Below are positions 10,501-23,200 of a DNA stretch of 64,000 bases, one piece after another. Within the stretch, counting starts at the first letter, position 1; each line of letters starts with the position of its first letter. Source of the stretch: Vitrella brassicaformis CCMP3155 (lineage: Eukaryota > Protista > Chromerida); assembly GCA_001179505.1 (NCBI GenBank), contig CDMY01000448.1, forward strand, positions 1-64,000, in the 5' to 3' direction. The notes below the pieces were generated by a model that saw only the letters and a list, made by a program, of their open reading frames with translations, ran no database searches and had not been told where the DNA came from. The position numbers and the translations under genes are program-made.

Positions 10501-13500
10501 GAAGATCGACGCCACGGCATATATGCAGGCCACGGGCATGGCCCTCAACGACGAGTATGCCATCCCATCCATCCTACAGAACGGTCAAGAGGCCGATGAG
10601 GAGAGGGCGCGGCGACGGAAGATGGCGAAACGACAGGACAGGGCTGAGAGGGAGGAGAGGAGGCGGCAAAGGCAGCGACAGCCGCCCCAGCTACGGCGAG
10701 AGCGAGAGGCAGAGAGGGAGTCCTTCGACGACACCTCCCCACGGCACCAGCGGCAGCCGAAGCGGCAGCCGAGAGAGGAGCCAAAGCTCGGCATCGGCGT
10801 GCATGTCGTCTCACTGGAGGACCTGGCCCTCCCTCCCGACACCCTGGCCAAGCTCAGCCCATCTGCCGTGCCTCCCTCGCCCAGTGAGGTGTTGATGCAG
10901 GTGCTCTGCGGCCTCTACAGCCACGCAGACGGCAGTCTGCTCAAACATGAGACGGAGCAAGCTGAGCTGTGGCCAGCGTCTTTTGCAACGAAGCCGCAGA
11001 GGAGCAATGCTCAAGCGATCAAACAAGGCGGCGAAGACAAGAAGAGAGACGGCGCCAAGGAAGCTGAGAGGCCGATGAGCGTCACCTATAGAGACGGCCG
11101 GGTGTTCCACAGCCCCAAGACGCCCCCCGACAGAGCACCAGGAGACCGCCGGCTGTCTGAACGGTCGCTGGCGTCCTCATCTCTGGTGGATGACAACTCT
11201 GAGTCTGTAGACACCGAGGAGGACGCCAATGCAGTCATGGACAGCGAGCGGGACAGGAGGAGCAACGAGAGTGGGGCCTCCTCTGACAGGCGGCAGAGGC
11301 GCTCCTCAAAAGTACCGGCGGTCGATGGCCTGTGGTGGCCTGAGTGTGTGTGGGTGGTCCTCAAGGTCATCGCCCGTGTCTCGGATGAGCAGCACACGCT
11401 TAGGTCCACCCCACCCTCTTCTGCGGAGCAGTGTGTCGTTGCGTGGACAGCTGCATGGTGAGACACAGCGAGAGATATAGAGAGAGACTCTGCCAACCAT
11501 AGATCTCCTCCCTCACATGTCTGTCTCCTCGATTGTCTGTTTGTTTGTCTGTCAGTGTTCCCCGTGTGGCCAGCCTGACTCGGCAGGACCTGTCGCTGCC
11601 CCTCTTCTGGCCGCCCGCCCAGTACCCCCCCTACCCGCCCCAGGGCCCCACCGACGCCATGGCTTTCCCCCTGCAGACCATCGACCAGTTCCTAGCCATC
11701 GATGGCAGCACGCTCAAAGTCATCCTGTACCACCCCTCGCTGCACCAGCACATACACGGGGAGGCTGAGGCGGCCATGGCCAAGGAGACGCCCCTCGAGC
11801 GGCCGCTGAGTCCTGTGAGTGAGGAGAAGGAGAGGGAGTCAGAGAAAGAGCTGCAGCTGTTTGTGGCGCATGAGGCGGTCCCCAATGACGAGGTGACAAA
11901 CAAGGGCACAGGGAGACGACACAAAGAGCGTGTAGACTATCTATCTGTGTGACGATGGGATGGGATGTCTTCAGCTGTATGATCCCGAGACGGACGGCTT
12001 CGACATCTACATGGATCAGGTAGGTTGGTTGAGAGGAATTGTTTTCATCGCTCTGGTGATAGTTGGTGTCTGTCTCGCCCTCTCCGCCATCCGTCTTCTG
12101 CTCATCGCCGGCCTCCTGTCGCGATCTACATGGATCAGATCCGTTTCCCCCCTGAAGCGGCCCTTGCATGCCGCGTGGTCCTGCGGGTGATATCCTCCTC
12201 CTTCTCGCCCATCCTTGATGCCATGGGCGGAATCTCCTCCCTCTCCTCACACCGCATCATCCACCGGCTCGACCCGCCTCTCTACATGGACTACAGAAAG
12301 GGCCCCATCGACCCCACAGCACTTCTCATGATCCGTGTCGACTGTCTGGACCGCTTCCTCATCCATGACGCCCTGCGCAAGACGGAGGGGGAGGGGCACA
12401 CGAATGTGTCGCCCTTTGTGGCGGTCAACAGCGAGGCGGAGAGGGAGGAGGAGAGGGATGTGGAGGGGCCGGGAGCGCCCTGCCGCTTCACCTGGGGGTT
12501 TGCCGTCTTGCCACTGTTCGTCAAGCAGCGTGCGAGCGGCGGGGGGCAGCCTGACCACCCTACGGAGCAGTCCTTCTGTCTGAACGAGGGAGCCTTCCAG
12601 CTGGGGCTGTCTCTTTCGCCTTATCCCAAGTATTCACCCGAGCACCGATCCGTTAACGCAACATCGCTCGACGACAAGCCGAAGGTCAGGCTCACGGAGG
12701 GGCCCATCCCTTCCTTGATCCCTCTATCCGTCTGCCTCTGTGATCAGGTGCCCTGCGCGTCCGTCCTCATTCGTGTGGTCTCTGCGCCCAAGTCACCGGA
12801 CGGCCTCAAGCTCTACCGCCGCAGCAATGTCGACCCATCCGAGTGGCCCCACATGGGCCTGCAGGCCGACCCCCCTCAATACGAGGACGCCGTGTACGAC
12901 ACCACACGCTTCGTTCCCTCACCAGACGAGCACAAACTCTTCGACAAGTACACTCCTCTACTGAGAGAGCTGGAAGCGCATCAACAAGAACAAGACCACG
13001 ATGAGGGAGATGACGATCCGCAGGGAGTCCCGGCAGACAACGAACAGCCGATGAGTGAGGCCGATGCGGGCGGGGGCGAGGATGCTGCTGCGTCAAGCTC
13101 TAGTGCTCGGTCTGAAGACCAGATGGAGGGTGAGGGTGACAAGTGGAGCGTGGAGAGCGGCTCGCAGGGTGCGGCCGGTGAGCCCCAGGGGCGGCAGCGG
13201 CCAGCTGAGCCCATGAAGCACATGACTCTTCTCGACGAGCTGCTGAGGCTGAGGCGCCGCTTCCCTCGCGAGACGGGCACCATCTCCAGCCCCAACAGAC
13301 AGGCGGCCATGAGTGAGCGAGCCCTCAAGCACTGGCTCAGGTCAGCCAGCCACACATATAAGGCAGGGACAGCCCCAGTGACCGGGCGTCATGTCATCTA
13401 TTGCAGGGTTCAGTTCGGTTCGCCCAATCTGCAGGAGATGCGTCTGCTCAATGACCAGCACGTCCTGCCATACGACAAGACTGTGGGCTTCAGGGTCAAC

Positions 13501-14636
13501 ATCGACTGTGTGCACGGCTTCCGCAAAGACGCACCCCTAGTCGTGCTCCACTCCCTGTTCCCACCTGGAGGCCTCTATGAGGTGGGGATGGCTGGCGTGG
13601 CGGGGTGCCAGACGGTGGGGTGGATGACAGAGGGTCGCTTGTTGTAAGTGTGTCTGTGTGTGTGCAGGAGACGCCGCTGCTGGAGGACACGCACTTTACG
13701 ACTCGCCGGGACTTCTCGTTCTCGATCAGGTCGCCGCGATTCGTCACACAGTGGACCAAATACAAACCATCCAAGTAAGTAACTGGCTGACGACAGACCG
13801 ACCAACAAGAAGAATGTGGCAGGGCAGGCACGTGTGTGTGTGTGTGTGTGTGTGTGCGTGTGATGCGCATCACACATAGGATGTCCCGGTACTCGACTTT
13901 GATAGTGGATGTGCGGTGGCTGAACGTGAAGGCGAGCCGGTCTGAGGGTCTCTTCCCGTGGGGGTGGTTCGTCATCCCCCTCTTCGACAACCACGGCTTC
14001 CTCATGAGCAACTGCTACCAAGTGCCGCTGTTTCAGGCACGCACAAGAGACACAGCACAGTGCTGTCAGACAGGATCCTATCTATGAGTCTACCTACCCT
14101 CATCAGGGCGCCGTGTCTCAAGACGCCTTGAGCGAGCTGAAAGAGACCATGATCAAGCACGAGCAGCTGCAGCAGCAGCAGCCGCAGCCCTCCGCCCCCA
14201 CATCGACCGCCCAGCTGCCATCGATCCGCAAGTTGATGGACAAGTGGCTGCAGTACAACTGGGCGGACGAGAGGAAAGTCGCCAAGTGGGACAAATGGTC
14301 GTCCGTCTTCGTGCGCCTCGTCGACGGACAGCTGGAGCACGACAGACGCTACTCGCGGCCTGGATACCAGCTGATGGCTGAGAGGCTCGATCGGTCCTTC
14401 CTGCCGTATGGCCGGAGCGGGAGCTATGCCTATGACGCTAAGAAGATACCCAAGAGGACGCTGAATCTGGTGACACTGAAGGGAGGTTGTCTCATGCATG
14501 TGAGTGTGTCATTCCATTCACGGGTACGTCTCTGTGTGTGCAGCTGACGCCCCGAGGCGAGACGAATGAGGAGTACGAGCGGAGAATGAACGAGCAGACG
14601 CAGAAGGCCACAGGCATCACCAGATACGCTTTCTGA
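5874..14636 (+). CDS. CCDC17-like protein: N-terminal C2H2/C2HC zinc finger, coiled coil, several C2-type modules (many exons)
   Basis: Spliced start MATPECRKCGMVFAGAAELSNHDQNFC resembles the CCDC17 N-terminal finger. LRQLVEQERMQLEALMRLPPDSDLY and YDPSKGFYIYWDF resemble CCDC17 conserved blocks. Repeated YD-x-GF...GW-x-(L/V)F...YQ-x-P modules. Ends ...TRYAF* at 14636. Confidence 0.7.
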
Positions 14637-14820
14637 TCGGCCCAGCTGCAAGCTTTGTGTTGCGTCATGGAGCCTCTCAGTGCGGTGTGTGTCGTGTGGT
14701 TTTCATGTGGGTTCCATGTTTCTTGGATGCACCCGACACGTGGATGTGATGTCTGCACGCTCTATCGGTCAATAAATGCATTCCTTGGAGAGAGAGAGAG
14801 AGAGAGGGGGGTACGTTCCC

Positions 14821-17667
14821 TCACACGCAGATCTTCTTGCGGCGCATCTCCGCCAAATATTTCTCGGGCACAGCGAGCTTCTTCAGGTCTTCGACCTTCC
14901 TCTCCTGATTGAGATTGATGCGTGCACACACACACAGACACACACACACACAACACAACACAACACAACACACGTGTGTGTCCATGGGGTGTGCCAAGAA
15001 AGCATTCCATTCCCCGCACACGTGGTGGGCTGGCTGACTGACCTTGATGCGCTCCAGTTTCTTCCTCTGCTTGGCAAGCTGTGCACGCACCAAGTTGCCC
15101 TCCTCAAGGAAATTGCTGGCCACACAAACACACAGACAGACAGGAAGATGTCTCTCTCGAGCCTGCCCTCGCATGGCAGGTGCTTCTTCTGTCTGACCGT
15201 CTGTCTTGTAGGTTCTTTTCCTCCTTGGCGGCGATCTGCCCCCTGATGTCCTGCGCGTGGGCCACACGCAGCCGCCGCTCCTCCTTAAGGCGGCGGCGCT
15301 CGGCCTCCTCCTGCAGTGCAGTGCAGATCACCACAACGCCGCCCGCTCCTGCGGTGTCTCTTTCTGCATGTCTCTCTTGGTCTGTTGTGAACTGATGTGT
15401 GTTTGTGTTTGTGTGTGCCTGCTGTTTCTGGACGGCAATGATGCGTTCGAATTCCTCCTTCTCGCCCTTGGCCTGCTCCATCAGCTTACGCTCCTTCTCA
15501 TCCTGAATGCAGCCATGCATCCATCGATCCATCCACCAGCCAGACAGACAGACGGACGGACACATTAGGAGGGTGTGATGTGGCGCGTGATTGCCCGACC
15601 GACTGACTGACCTGCTGTGCCTTGCGTGCTTCCGAGACCTCGGCGTTGATGCGAGCGATCTTGGCCGCCTCCTGCTGGTCCTTGTCGCGAGCTGCACGGT
15701 CCGCCGCCTCCATCGCCCTACATCGATAGCATCCACCCACCACACCAGGGATGGGCGTGTGCATTTGTGTGTCTGTGCAGTCCATGGACACCTCTTGGCC
15801 CGCAGTGCATCCATTTCTGCGGCCTTGTCCTGAGCCTTCTCCTGTAGGGCGCGCAGGCGAGCGACCTCCCGTTCCTTCTCGGCGGCGATGCGCATCAGCT
15901 CCGCCTCACGCTCGCGCTCACGCTTGTCCTTGTCACGCAAGTAGTCGACAATCCTTGAAACAAGAGACACACAGACGGACCGTGGTGCGGCGTGGTGTGG
16001 TGTGGTGGGAGGGGCTGCTGTGTGTCTGTCTGTCTGTCTGTCTGTCACTTTTGCTGCTCCAGCTGCTCTGCGAGGGCGCGCTCCTCCTTGACTGACACCC
16101 AGCACAGAAAGGTGATAGTTGTGGACGCATCATTAGGTGAGTTAGTCACCCCACCTTTGAAAGCTTCAGCGTTGACTTCGTTGACTTCCTCCCTGAGTCT
16201 GCGTGCGGCCTCCTCCTTAGCCAGCCGCTCCTTGACCTCCTCCTCCTTGAGCGCGTCGATCTGACGCAACACGTAGTACTTCTCCTGCTCACGCAACTCC
16301 TCGTCACGGATCCGTTGGGCCTGCATACATCGAATCGGTCAAGGCCACGCACACGCATGGAGACAGAGAGAGAGAGAAAAATGGCGGCCGATTTGTGACG
16401 TACCTGTCTGTCTTTGATTTGTTCGACGATGACGAGTGCGCCCCTCCTTTGGTCCTCAGCGCGTTTCTTCTCTCGCTCCTCTGCGACCTTGAGTGCCTTG
16501 AGTCGCTCGATCTCCATCATCAGGTCCAGCTGGCGCTCCTCGTCCTCCTTCTCACGCAGGATCTCCCTGAACAAGTGTCTCTCTCTCTTCATCTGCTCTC
16601 TCCCCCTCCCCGGTGTCTGTGCAGATGTGTCTCTTACTTTCGTTCGGCGATCTGCGCCTCTCTGACTGTGGCGACTTTGGCGTAAAGCGTCATTTGGTTG
16701 AGGTGCTTGACTTCGTCCTCCTGCTCGTCAAGCAACTCCTCGGCCTACACAGCGCAACACAACGCAACACAACACAGGATAACGGGCAACGTGTTGCAGA
16801 GAAGAACACTCTTGACGACTGACTGACTGACTGGCTGACCCGCTGGAGGACGCTGTTCTTGTGTGTGTGCTCTTCCTTCTCGGCTTCGGTGAGGGGCGCA
16901 TTCCGGCGGCGCTCCTCCTCCATCGCCAAAATGCGGTCCTTGCGGGCCTGTGGAAAGCGAGATGTGGAGCAGGATCGACCTCCTGGTGGATGGCTGAATG
17001 TCTGGCTTTTGCTGCCTTGCCTTCGACTTGGCCATTCGCTCCTCGATCTCCATTTGCTGCCTCCGCTTGACCTCATCCTCCTCCTCACGGGACAAAATGA
17101 TGGAACGATTCTAAGTACACACAACAGACAGACACATCCACCCATCCTCCGTGCGTCCGTGTGTGTGTTGAGCGCACCTTGAGTCTGTCCAGTTCGGAGG
17201 CGCATATGACGGCGGGCGTGGCCTCTGCCTTCTGCTCTGCCCCCACAGCATTGCTCTTGCGCCGCAGCTGGACCGTGTCCTTGCCCACTATCTCGATGGT
17301 CTTGTCCGAGTCGCGCCGCCGGGGGCTGGGCGAACCGAAAAGCGTCTCGTCGACGTTTTGCTGCTGCGGGTGCGGCTGGGTGCCCTGCTGCTGTGCGGTG
17401 TGGAGCAGCTTGTAGTGGAGCGCTGATTGGTGCACATAGATGTGAACCAGACAGGCCAGCCACGTGATGAGCACCCATTTCTCTCTGCCTTGGCCGATTG
17501 GCCTTCCCCCTTGCCCACCCACCTTTGGCACTGCCCGTGGAGCCGACCGAGACCACTGACTGCGCCTGATGGTAGACAGACACAATCACACAAGCACAGG
17601 TGGAGCAGGGATGGCGTCGCGCCGAGGCCCCTCCTCTGGGGACCAGCTGCTCTCGTGGTCTTACCAT
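14821..17667 (-). CDS. CFAP45: Cilia- and flagella-associated protein 45 (CCDC19), multi-exon
   Basis: Exons give RKDRILAMEEERRR, IDYLRDKDKREREREAELMRIAAEKEREVARLRALQEKAQDKAAEMDALRAKRAMEAADRAAR and VPEKYLAE, which match CFAP45 motifs. ATG at 17667 is followed by a GTAAG intron; TGA at 14821-14823. Confidence 0.9.
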
Positions 17668-18079
17668 TTCAGCTGTTTGCTTGTGGGCAGCGGAAGGGGG
17701 CGCCCCACTGCATGCGCGAGCTAAGCTCGCTGAGCGATCTGCAAATCGGCCATTCGTGTGTTAGCATGAGTGGCTGTTGACATCAAACAGATACATGTAC
17801 ACACAAGTCGGTAGCGCTTGCCATCAGCTGTACGGGGGCACCACTCAAGCAAAACCAACAAGCCATGCATCCAACCTCAACTCACACTGCCCCCTCGGGG
17901 CAGCCACACAGATGGCACTGCATGCGCAGGCTGTCGACGTCATTTAACTCAGTTTCTCATTTAAGAGAGAGGGCCGCTGAGCGTTTACCTGGAAGGACGG
18001 CCAGGATGCAGGGAACAGGTCGATCCATCGCAAAACCAATTGGACCATCCAAATCGAGTTTCGTAGCGATATTCCGATA

Positions 18080-18744
18080 ATGGCGAGCAGATCTGCGGTG
18101 ATAACGGTCGTGTTCGCTCACATTGCCCTCTGCGGCACGGCGGCGGGCGAAGCCATATACGATAACCAGGGCCTCGGTACGTTGGTGACAGAAACGGGGG
18201 GGGAAAGGGCAGCAGATCTACGTGCGGTGAGCGCCTCGTGTGTAGGGAACGGATATGCCGGGGCCTGCGAGGGGAAGAAGTGCGCCATCGGCGGAGAACT
18301 CAGCGTCAAGTAAGAGAGGAAGGATGCCAGTGGATGGCTGGAACAGGTGCACAGATCCCTCGGTGGATGGCGTATGTGCGCTTGCAGGGAGGGGCCTGAG
18401 ATGGGATCCCTGTGCTACCTGCCATTGGGCAAGCAGGCCAAGGCGTACAAGAATGAGGACGGGATGGACCTCGAATTCGGCGCTGAAGTCTTGTGTTCTT
18501 ACTCACAGTACAGGTTCTCGGACTTCCCCAAAGAAGGCCGGCCGGCCTGTGTCTTCTACAGCACGACGACCGGCGACCAGCACGTGATCGTAAGTAACCA
18601 AAACAAAAGACCAGTGGTTCATTCAACGTGTGAAAGCGTTTGTGTCTTCCCGAGGTCCGGATGCAAATGCAGGTTGGCACGAAGATGATTTTTATGAAGG
18701 ACGCTGAGAAGCTGGACTACCCCGAGTGCGGTTTCCAACTCTGA
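18080..18744 (+). CDS. Small secreted cysteine-rich protein (167 aa; exons 18080-18309, 18388-18589, 18673-18744)
   Basis: Signal-peptide-like N-terminus MASRSAVITVVFAHIALCGTAAG; two GTAAG...CAG introns keep the frame; 7 Cys in the predicted mature part; no family recognised. Confidence 0.75.
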
Positions 18745-19389
18745 GCTGGTACGTCAACAACACACGGAAACGTGTATGTATGTGTATGTAATGTATGTTT
18801 TCCCCTACCCCCATTCCGTGCAGCCAAGGCATCACACCACGGCAAATCAGGCGGCAGCAAATAGCTAGCTATCTGCAGCAGCATTATACATTTTCTTTCT
18901 CTGGACAGGACATGACATACATACACACACACACACGAGGTTCCTCACACGCACACACACCGAGGGTTTTGGTCGCTGTTTGCAGTGTGTTTGCGTGTGG
19001 TTTGAGTACCTTGATCGGCTGGCTGCCTGTGTGCGTGTGCGTGTGCGTGTATGTGCAGTGGCCTGTGTGTGAGTGTGTCTGAAATAAATGGGCGCGCGGG
19101 GTAGTCAATTAATCAAACAGAGGTCGGCTGGCTGGCTGTCTGTCTGACTGCGATGGCCTGGACTGGCTGACTGCATGGATGCCGCTGATATTTGCATTGG
19201 CCGTCTGATGGACAAACACGACACACGACCTTTTTTCTCCGTTAACTTTACCCCCTCCAGACCAACAGCACAGCTCGCACATTCAGAAGGTTTACTTGTC
19301 GTCATGCCCCGCCTTTCGCAGCTTCTGAACATACAGGCAGGCACACACACACAGGCCGACGCAGAATGAATGGATCGTCCGTACATGAT

Positions 19390-20141
19390 CTGTCGCGAAG
19401 GGCCGAGCCTGAGCCTGTGTCTGTGTGTTGTGTCTGTGTGTGTGTGCATCGTATGGATCCCACCTTGCACCCCCACTCACCCCTGCACTCACTCGGTTGT
19501 CTCTCCCTCTCTCTCTTGGCAATGCCGTGGATGGACGAGTATTGACTGTAGACCTTTACCGTAACCGATTCTGTGAGATGCCAACACCCACCGCCTTGCC
19601 ATTCGTCCTTTCCACTAGGTTGCACCTTTCACCACTTCAACGCACTCACCCCATCGATTCCCCCCCTGCCGCATACCCACTTCTCACACACGCAAGGCCA
19701 GCCCCTCAACCGCCGCACACAGACAGCCCACCACATCAACAGTCATTCCCCGGCCTCCCAGCCTCAGGCGACGGACACTCATTAGTCGACTTTTGTGTGC
19801 CTGCCGCAGGACATTCACACCCGGACATTCACACAAGGCCGTTCGCTCAAACCGCCGCACACAGACAGCCCACCACATCAACAGTCATTCCCCGGCCTCC
19901 CAGCCTCAGGCGACGGACACTCATTAGTCTCTCTCTTTGTGTGTGAATGTCTGGGTGTGCCTGCCGCCCACTGCTGCACACGCGCATGAATTCACCCATT
20001 TCGCAAACCCCACGCATCAATCAGCAGTGCTCAGATGAGCATAGCAGCAACCTTCACGGGCACCTGCAATGGGAAAAAACCTCCCCGGCCCACCGGTCTA
20101 TCGTCTGCAGGGTTCCAAACCCTGCAAGCTTAGACGTGCAG
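19390..20141. repeat. Dispersed ~0.75 kb element, copy X (with an internal 80-bp perfect direct repeat at 19708-19787 and 19850-19929)
   Basis: Colinear similarity to 38140-38812: CGAAGGGCCGAGC, ATGCCGTGGA-GGACGAGTATTGACTGTA, TTGCACCT-TCACCACTTCAACGCACTCACCCCATCGAT..GCAAGGCC, CCTGCAATGGGA, GCTTAGACGTGCA. Confidence 0.85.
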
Positions 20142-20218
20142 CGGGAAAGGAAAGGCATGCACACGAATGAATGGGACAATGTGCGCATTATGACTATATT
20201 CTAGATCTGTCGAAATCT

Positions 20219-23200
20219 ATGTCGCCAGGACGTTCTTCGTGCAGGCCGCTGCCCGCTGCTCTGTCCTCTTTTTTCCCCATCTGCCCTCCGCCCTCGTTCA
20301 CGCGAGTCGTGCAGCTGCGAAGAGCCGCCCACCGCCTGCGGGATCTATCTCTCCCGTCACACTGCCGCCCTTATGTCAGCAGCGCACGGGTGGCACATTC
20401 ACCAGCTGCTGCTGGCCAACCGTCAAAGATCTCAGCAGTAGCACCACCGGGAGCAGCATCAATGGTCCAAGCCTCTCCACCGCAGATGGAGGAGGGGCTG
20501 TCTGCGTCTGTGTCTGTGAGTGATGCTGACGTGACCGCTCTTATGGGGCCTGCACAGATACCAGGCAAACCATACTTCGGTGAGTGACTGAGTGAGGGCG
20601 AGGGGGGGAAACGTGAGTACTCGAGGAAGTACACACACACGTGAGGCTGTTGTGATCTTGATTCAGATCTGGGCCCTTTCACTTATCGGCAGATCGGTAA
20701 GTAAGGGAGATGTGATGCCCTGCTGGCTAATCCCCTTGGTGTGCATGGCATGGTGTGTCCTGCCTGTCAGGTTCGACTGATGAGGGGGTGCGTCTGGATC
20801 GGTGGGTGCTGAAGCACGTCACTTCCAACTGGTCCGTCTGCAACAAGGTCATCCGCATACAGCAGGTCTTCGTTGTCCACAGCAACCAGTGAGTGAGTGA
20901 CCACACAGCCACGCAGGCAGGCCTGCCTGCCTATACAGCACGGCACACCCATGTGCTGTGCGACCTCTGTCTGTCTGTCTGTCTGTCTGTCTGTCAGGCC
21001 ACCCGAGGAGCACCAGAAGCAGGTCATGTACAAGGTAACTTTTAATGCACTCGCCTTGCCCCCTCACATGACATTCGTTGTGTCCCTCCCCCTCCCCCTC
21101 CCCCACGCTTCAGCGGTTCCGGCCTGTGCTAGGTCCCGGCCATCGTCTGCGCGAGGGCGACTGGGTGTACTGGCCACGTGTGCTGCAGCCGGTGCCCAAG
21201 CCGACCGTCGTCAGGGCCGCATTCGACGTGGCAAACACCGACCCAAGGGATTGGTCAGTCAGGCAGTCAGAGCAAGGGGTGGGGTGCATTGAATGCATTG
21301 AAGTGTGTGTGTATGTGCTCCTTTGTGTAGGATATTGTACAAGGATTCTGATTTCCTAGCTATCAACAAACCTTTCGGGCTGCTCACGACGGGCACCAAA
21401 CACGTGGGATGGACGAATGAATGAATGCACAACGCGCATCCCTCCCTCTTGGACGGTGGATGTGATGTGGTGTGTTGTGGTGTGGTGTGTACCATCGGTT
21501 ATTGCCTGCAGGACAAGGTCAGTGTCAAGCGCAACTTTCTGGAGCGCCTGCAGTTCTCAATGGACTATGTACGCAGTCATACAAGCCAACAGGCAGCATC
21601 AGAAAGAGACTCAGAGGCTTGCGCACACACACACACACGGACATGCCACATCATATCTTTGTGTCTGTGCCTGTGTGGGTGGGCTATGGTCATGGCTTGT
21701 GCCATGCAGCCTCCGCGATTGATCCACCGTCTTGCAGGGGATACCAGCGGCGTCTTGCTGCTCGCAAGGTGCCAGCCTAGCCCAGCCGTTGTGCACACAT
21801 CACACGGGCGAACACGTCTGTGTGTGTGTGTGTGTGTGGCAGGACCAAGTCGTCCGCAGACATGGCCGTCGACCAGATACAAATGTAGGCGAGGCACGCT
21901 TGCAAGATGCCCCCACAAGGAATGCAATGCTGCTGCTCACCACATCTGGCTTCTTGCTGCGCTGCAGGCGGTGTTTCTGGCGCCGCACCTACTGGGCGGT
22001 GACTGCTGGCCGACCAAATGGGCAGCACGGAACAGTCAGAATCGCACTCGGCAAACAAGAGGTGCACATAGAGAAGCAATCAACGGCGCCTTGACACCGG
22101 TGGAATGGCATGTGTGTGTCCGTTAACAGGATGACGATGTGGTGGTGCCAATGACGACCATGGATGGCGGCATCGCCGCCGTGACGCAGTGGCGGCTGCT
22201 CAAGCACTCGTCTGCGTGCGGCGGCATGTCGCTCATGGAACTCAGCACCACATTCGGTAGGCATCCAACATGACCCACATGCTGGAGGGCCAACATGACC
22301 CACATGCTGGAGGGCAGGGCGTGGTCTCTCTGCTCGGTGAAGTGTATGTGTGTATATGTGTGTGTGTTCGGTTGAGCAGGTCTGCGGCACCAGATCCGGG
22401 CCCACTGTGCGTATGGCCTCCACTGCCCGCTCGTCGGCGACCCCCTGTACTTCAACCTCAGCAGCGAAGTACTCGCTGGCAGCAGACAGCACACCAGGAT
22501 GGATGTCTGTGTGTGTGTGTGTGTGTTGGGTGTGTATGTGTGATATCAGTGGTGTGAGGCGACAGCGTACAAGAGTGCCTTCTACAGCGATGCGGCCAAG
22601 GATGAGCGGCGGCGTGTGCTGGGGCCCCACCCACCACTGCACCTGCACTCGAGAGCCATCACCTTCAACTCATTCGCAGGTAGGTGTCTGTGCCATGCTA
22701 GAGAGGTACAGAGATAGATGCACTTGCGCGAGCCACACCAGCCATCTGTCTGTGGGAATGTGTGGACTGTGTTGTGAATGAATTAAGGCGAGGAGGTTGA
22801 AGTGACGGCTCCCATGCCGCCACACATGGCACAGACGTTCGACAAACTTGGTAAGTACGTGGCGTGGATGTATTCACCCACCCCCACTCACGCCACACAC
22901 ACACACACACACACACACGCATACACAGGTGGGTCCCTCTGTCTGTCTGTCTGTCTGTCCACTTGAGGCTGGAGTGAGTACATCCACCAGCAGGACGACA
23001 GTGCTGCACGGTTCAACCCATGGCGCCCCCAGCAGGCAAGTTTGAACAAATCATGACCTTAAGTCGAGTCGCTACATACCCGTCCACTCTTGTCTCTTGC
23101 CTGCCTGCAGGACCCACACATGCTGGAGCTCTTGCTGGAGCGAGAGGCAGACAGAATCGCTACGCCCTATGACGCGCACACAGCAGTGCAGCAGCGGGGC

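Noticed and set aside
19425-19946. 173-aa ORF inside repeat copy X as a real gene
   Set aside because: The corresponding frame in copy Y is interrupted by stops, the sequence is low complexity, and it lacks a credible start; kept only as an open check under the element finding.
22266-22315. Perfect 25-bp tandem duplication
   Set aside because: Intronic, occurs once, no structural or coding consequence visible; ordinary slippage.
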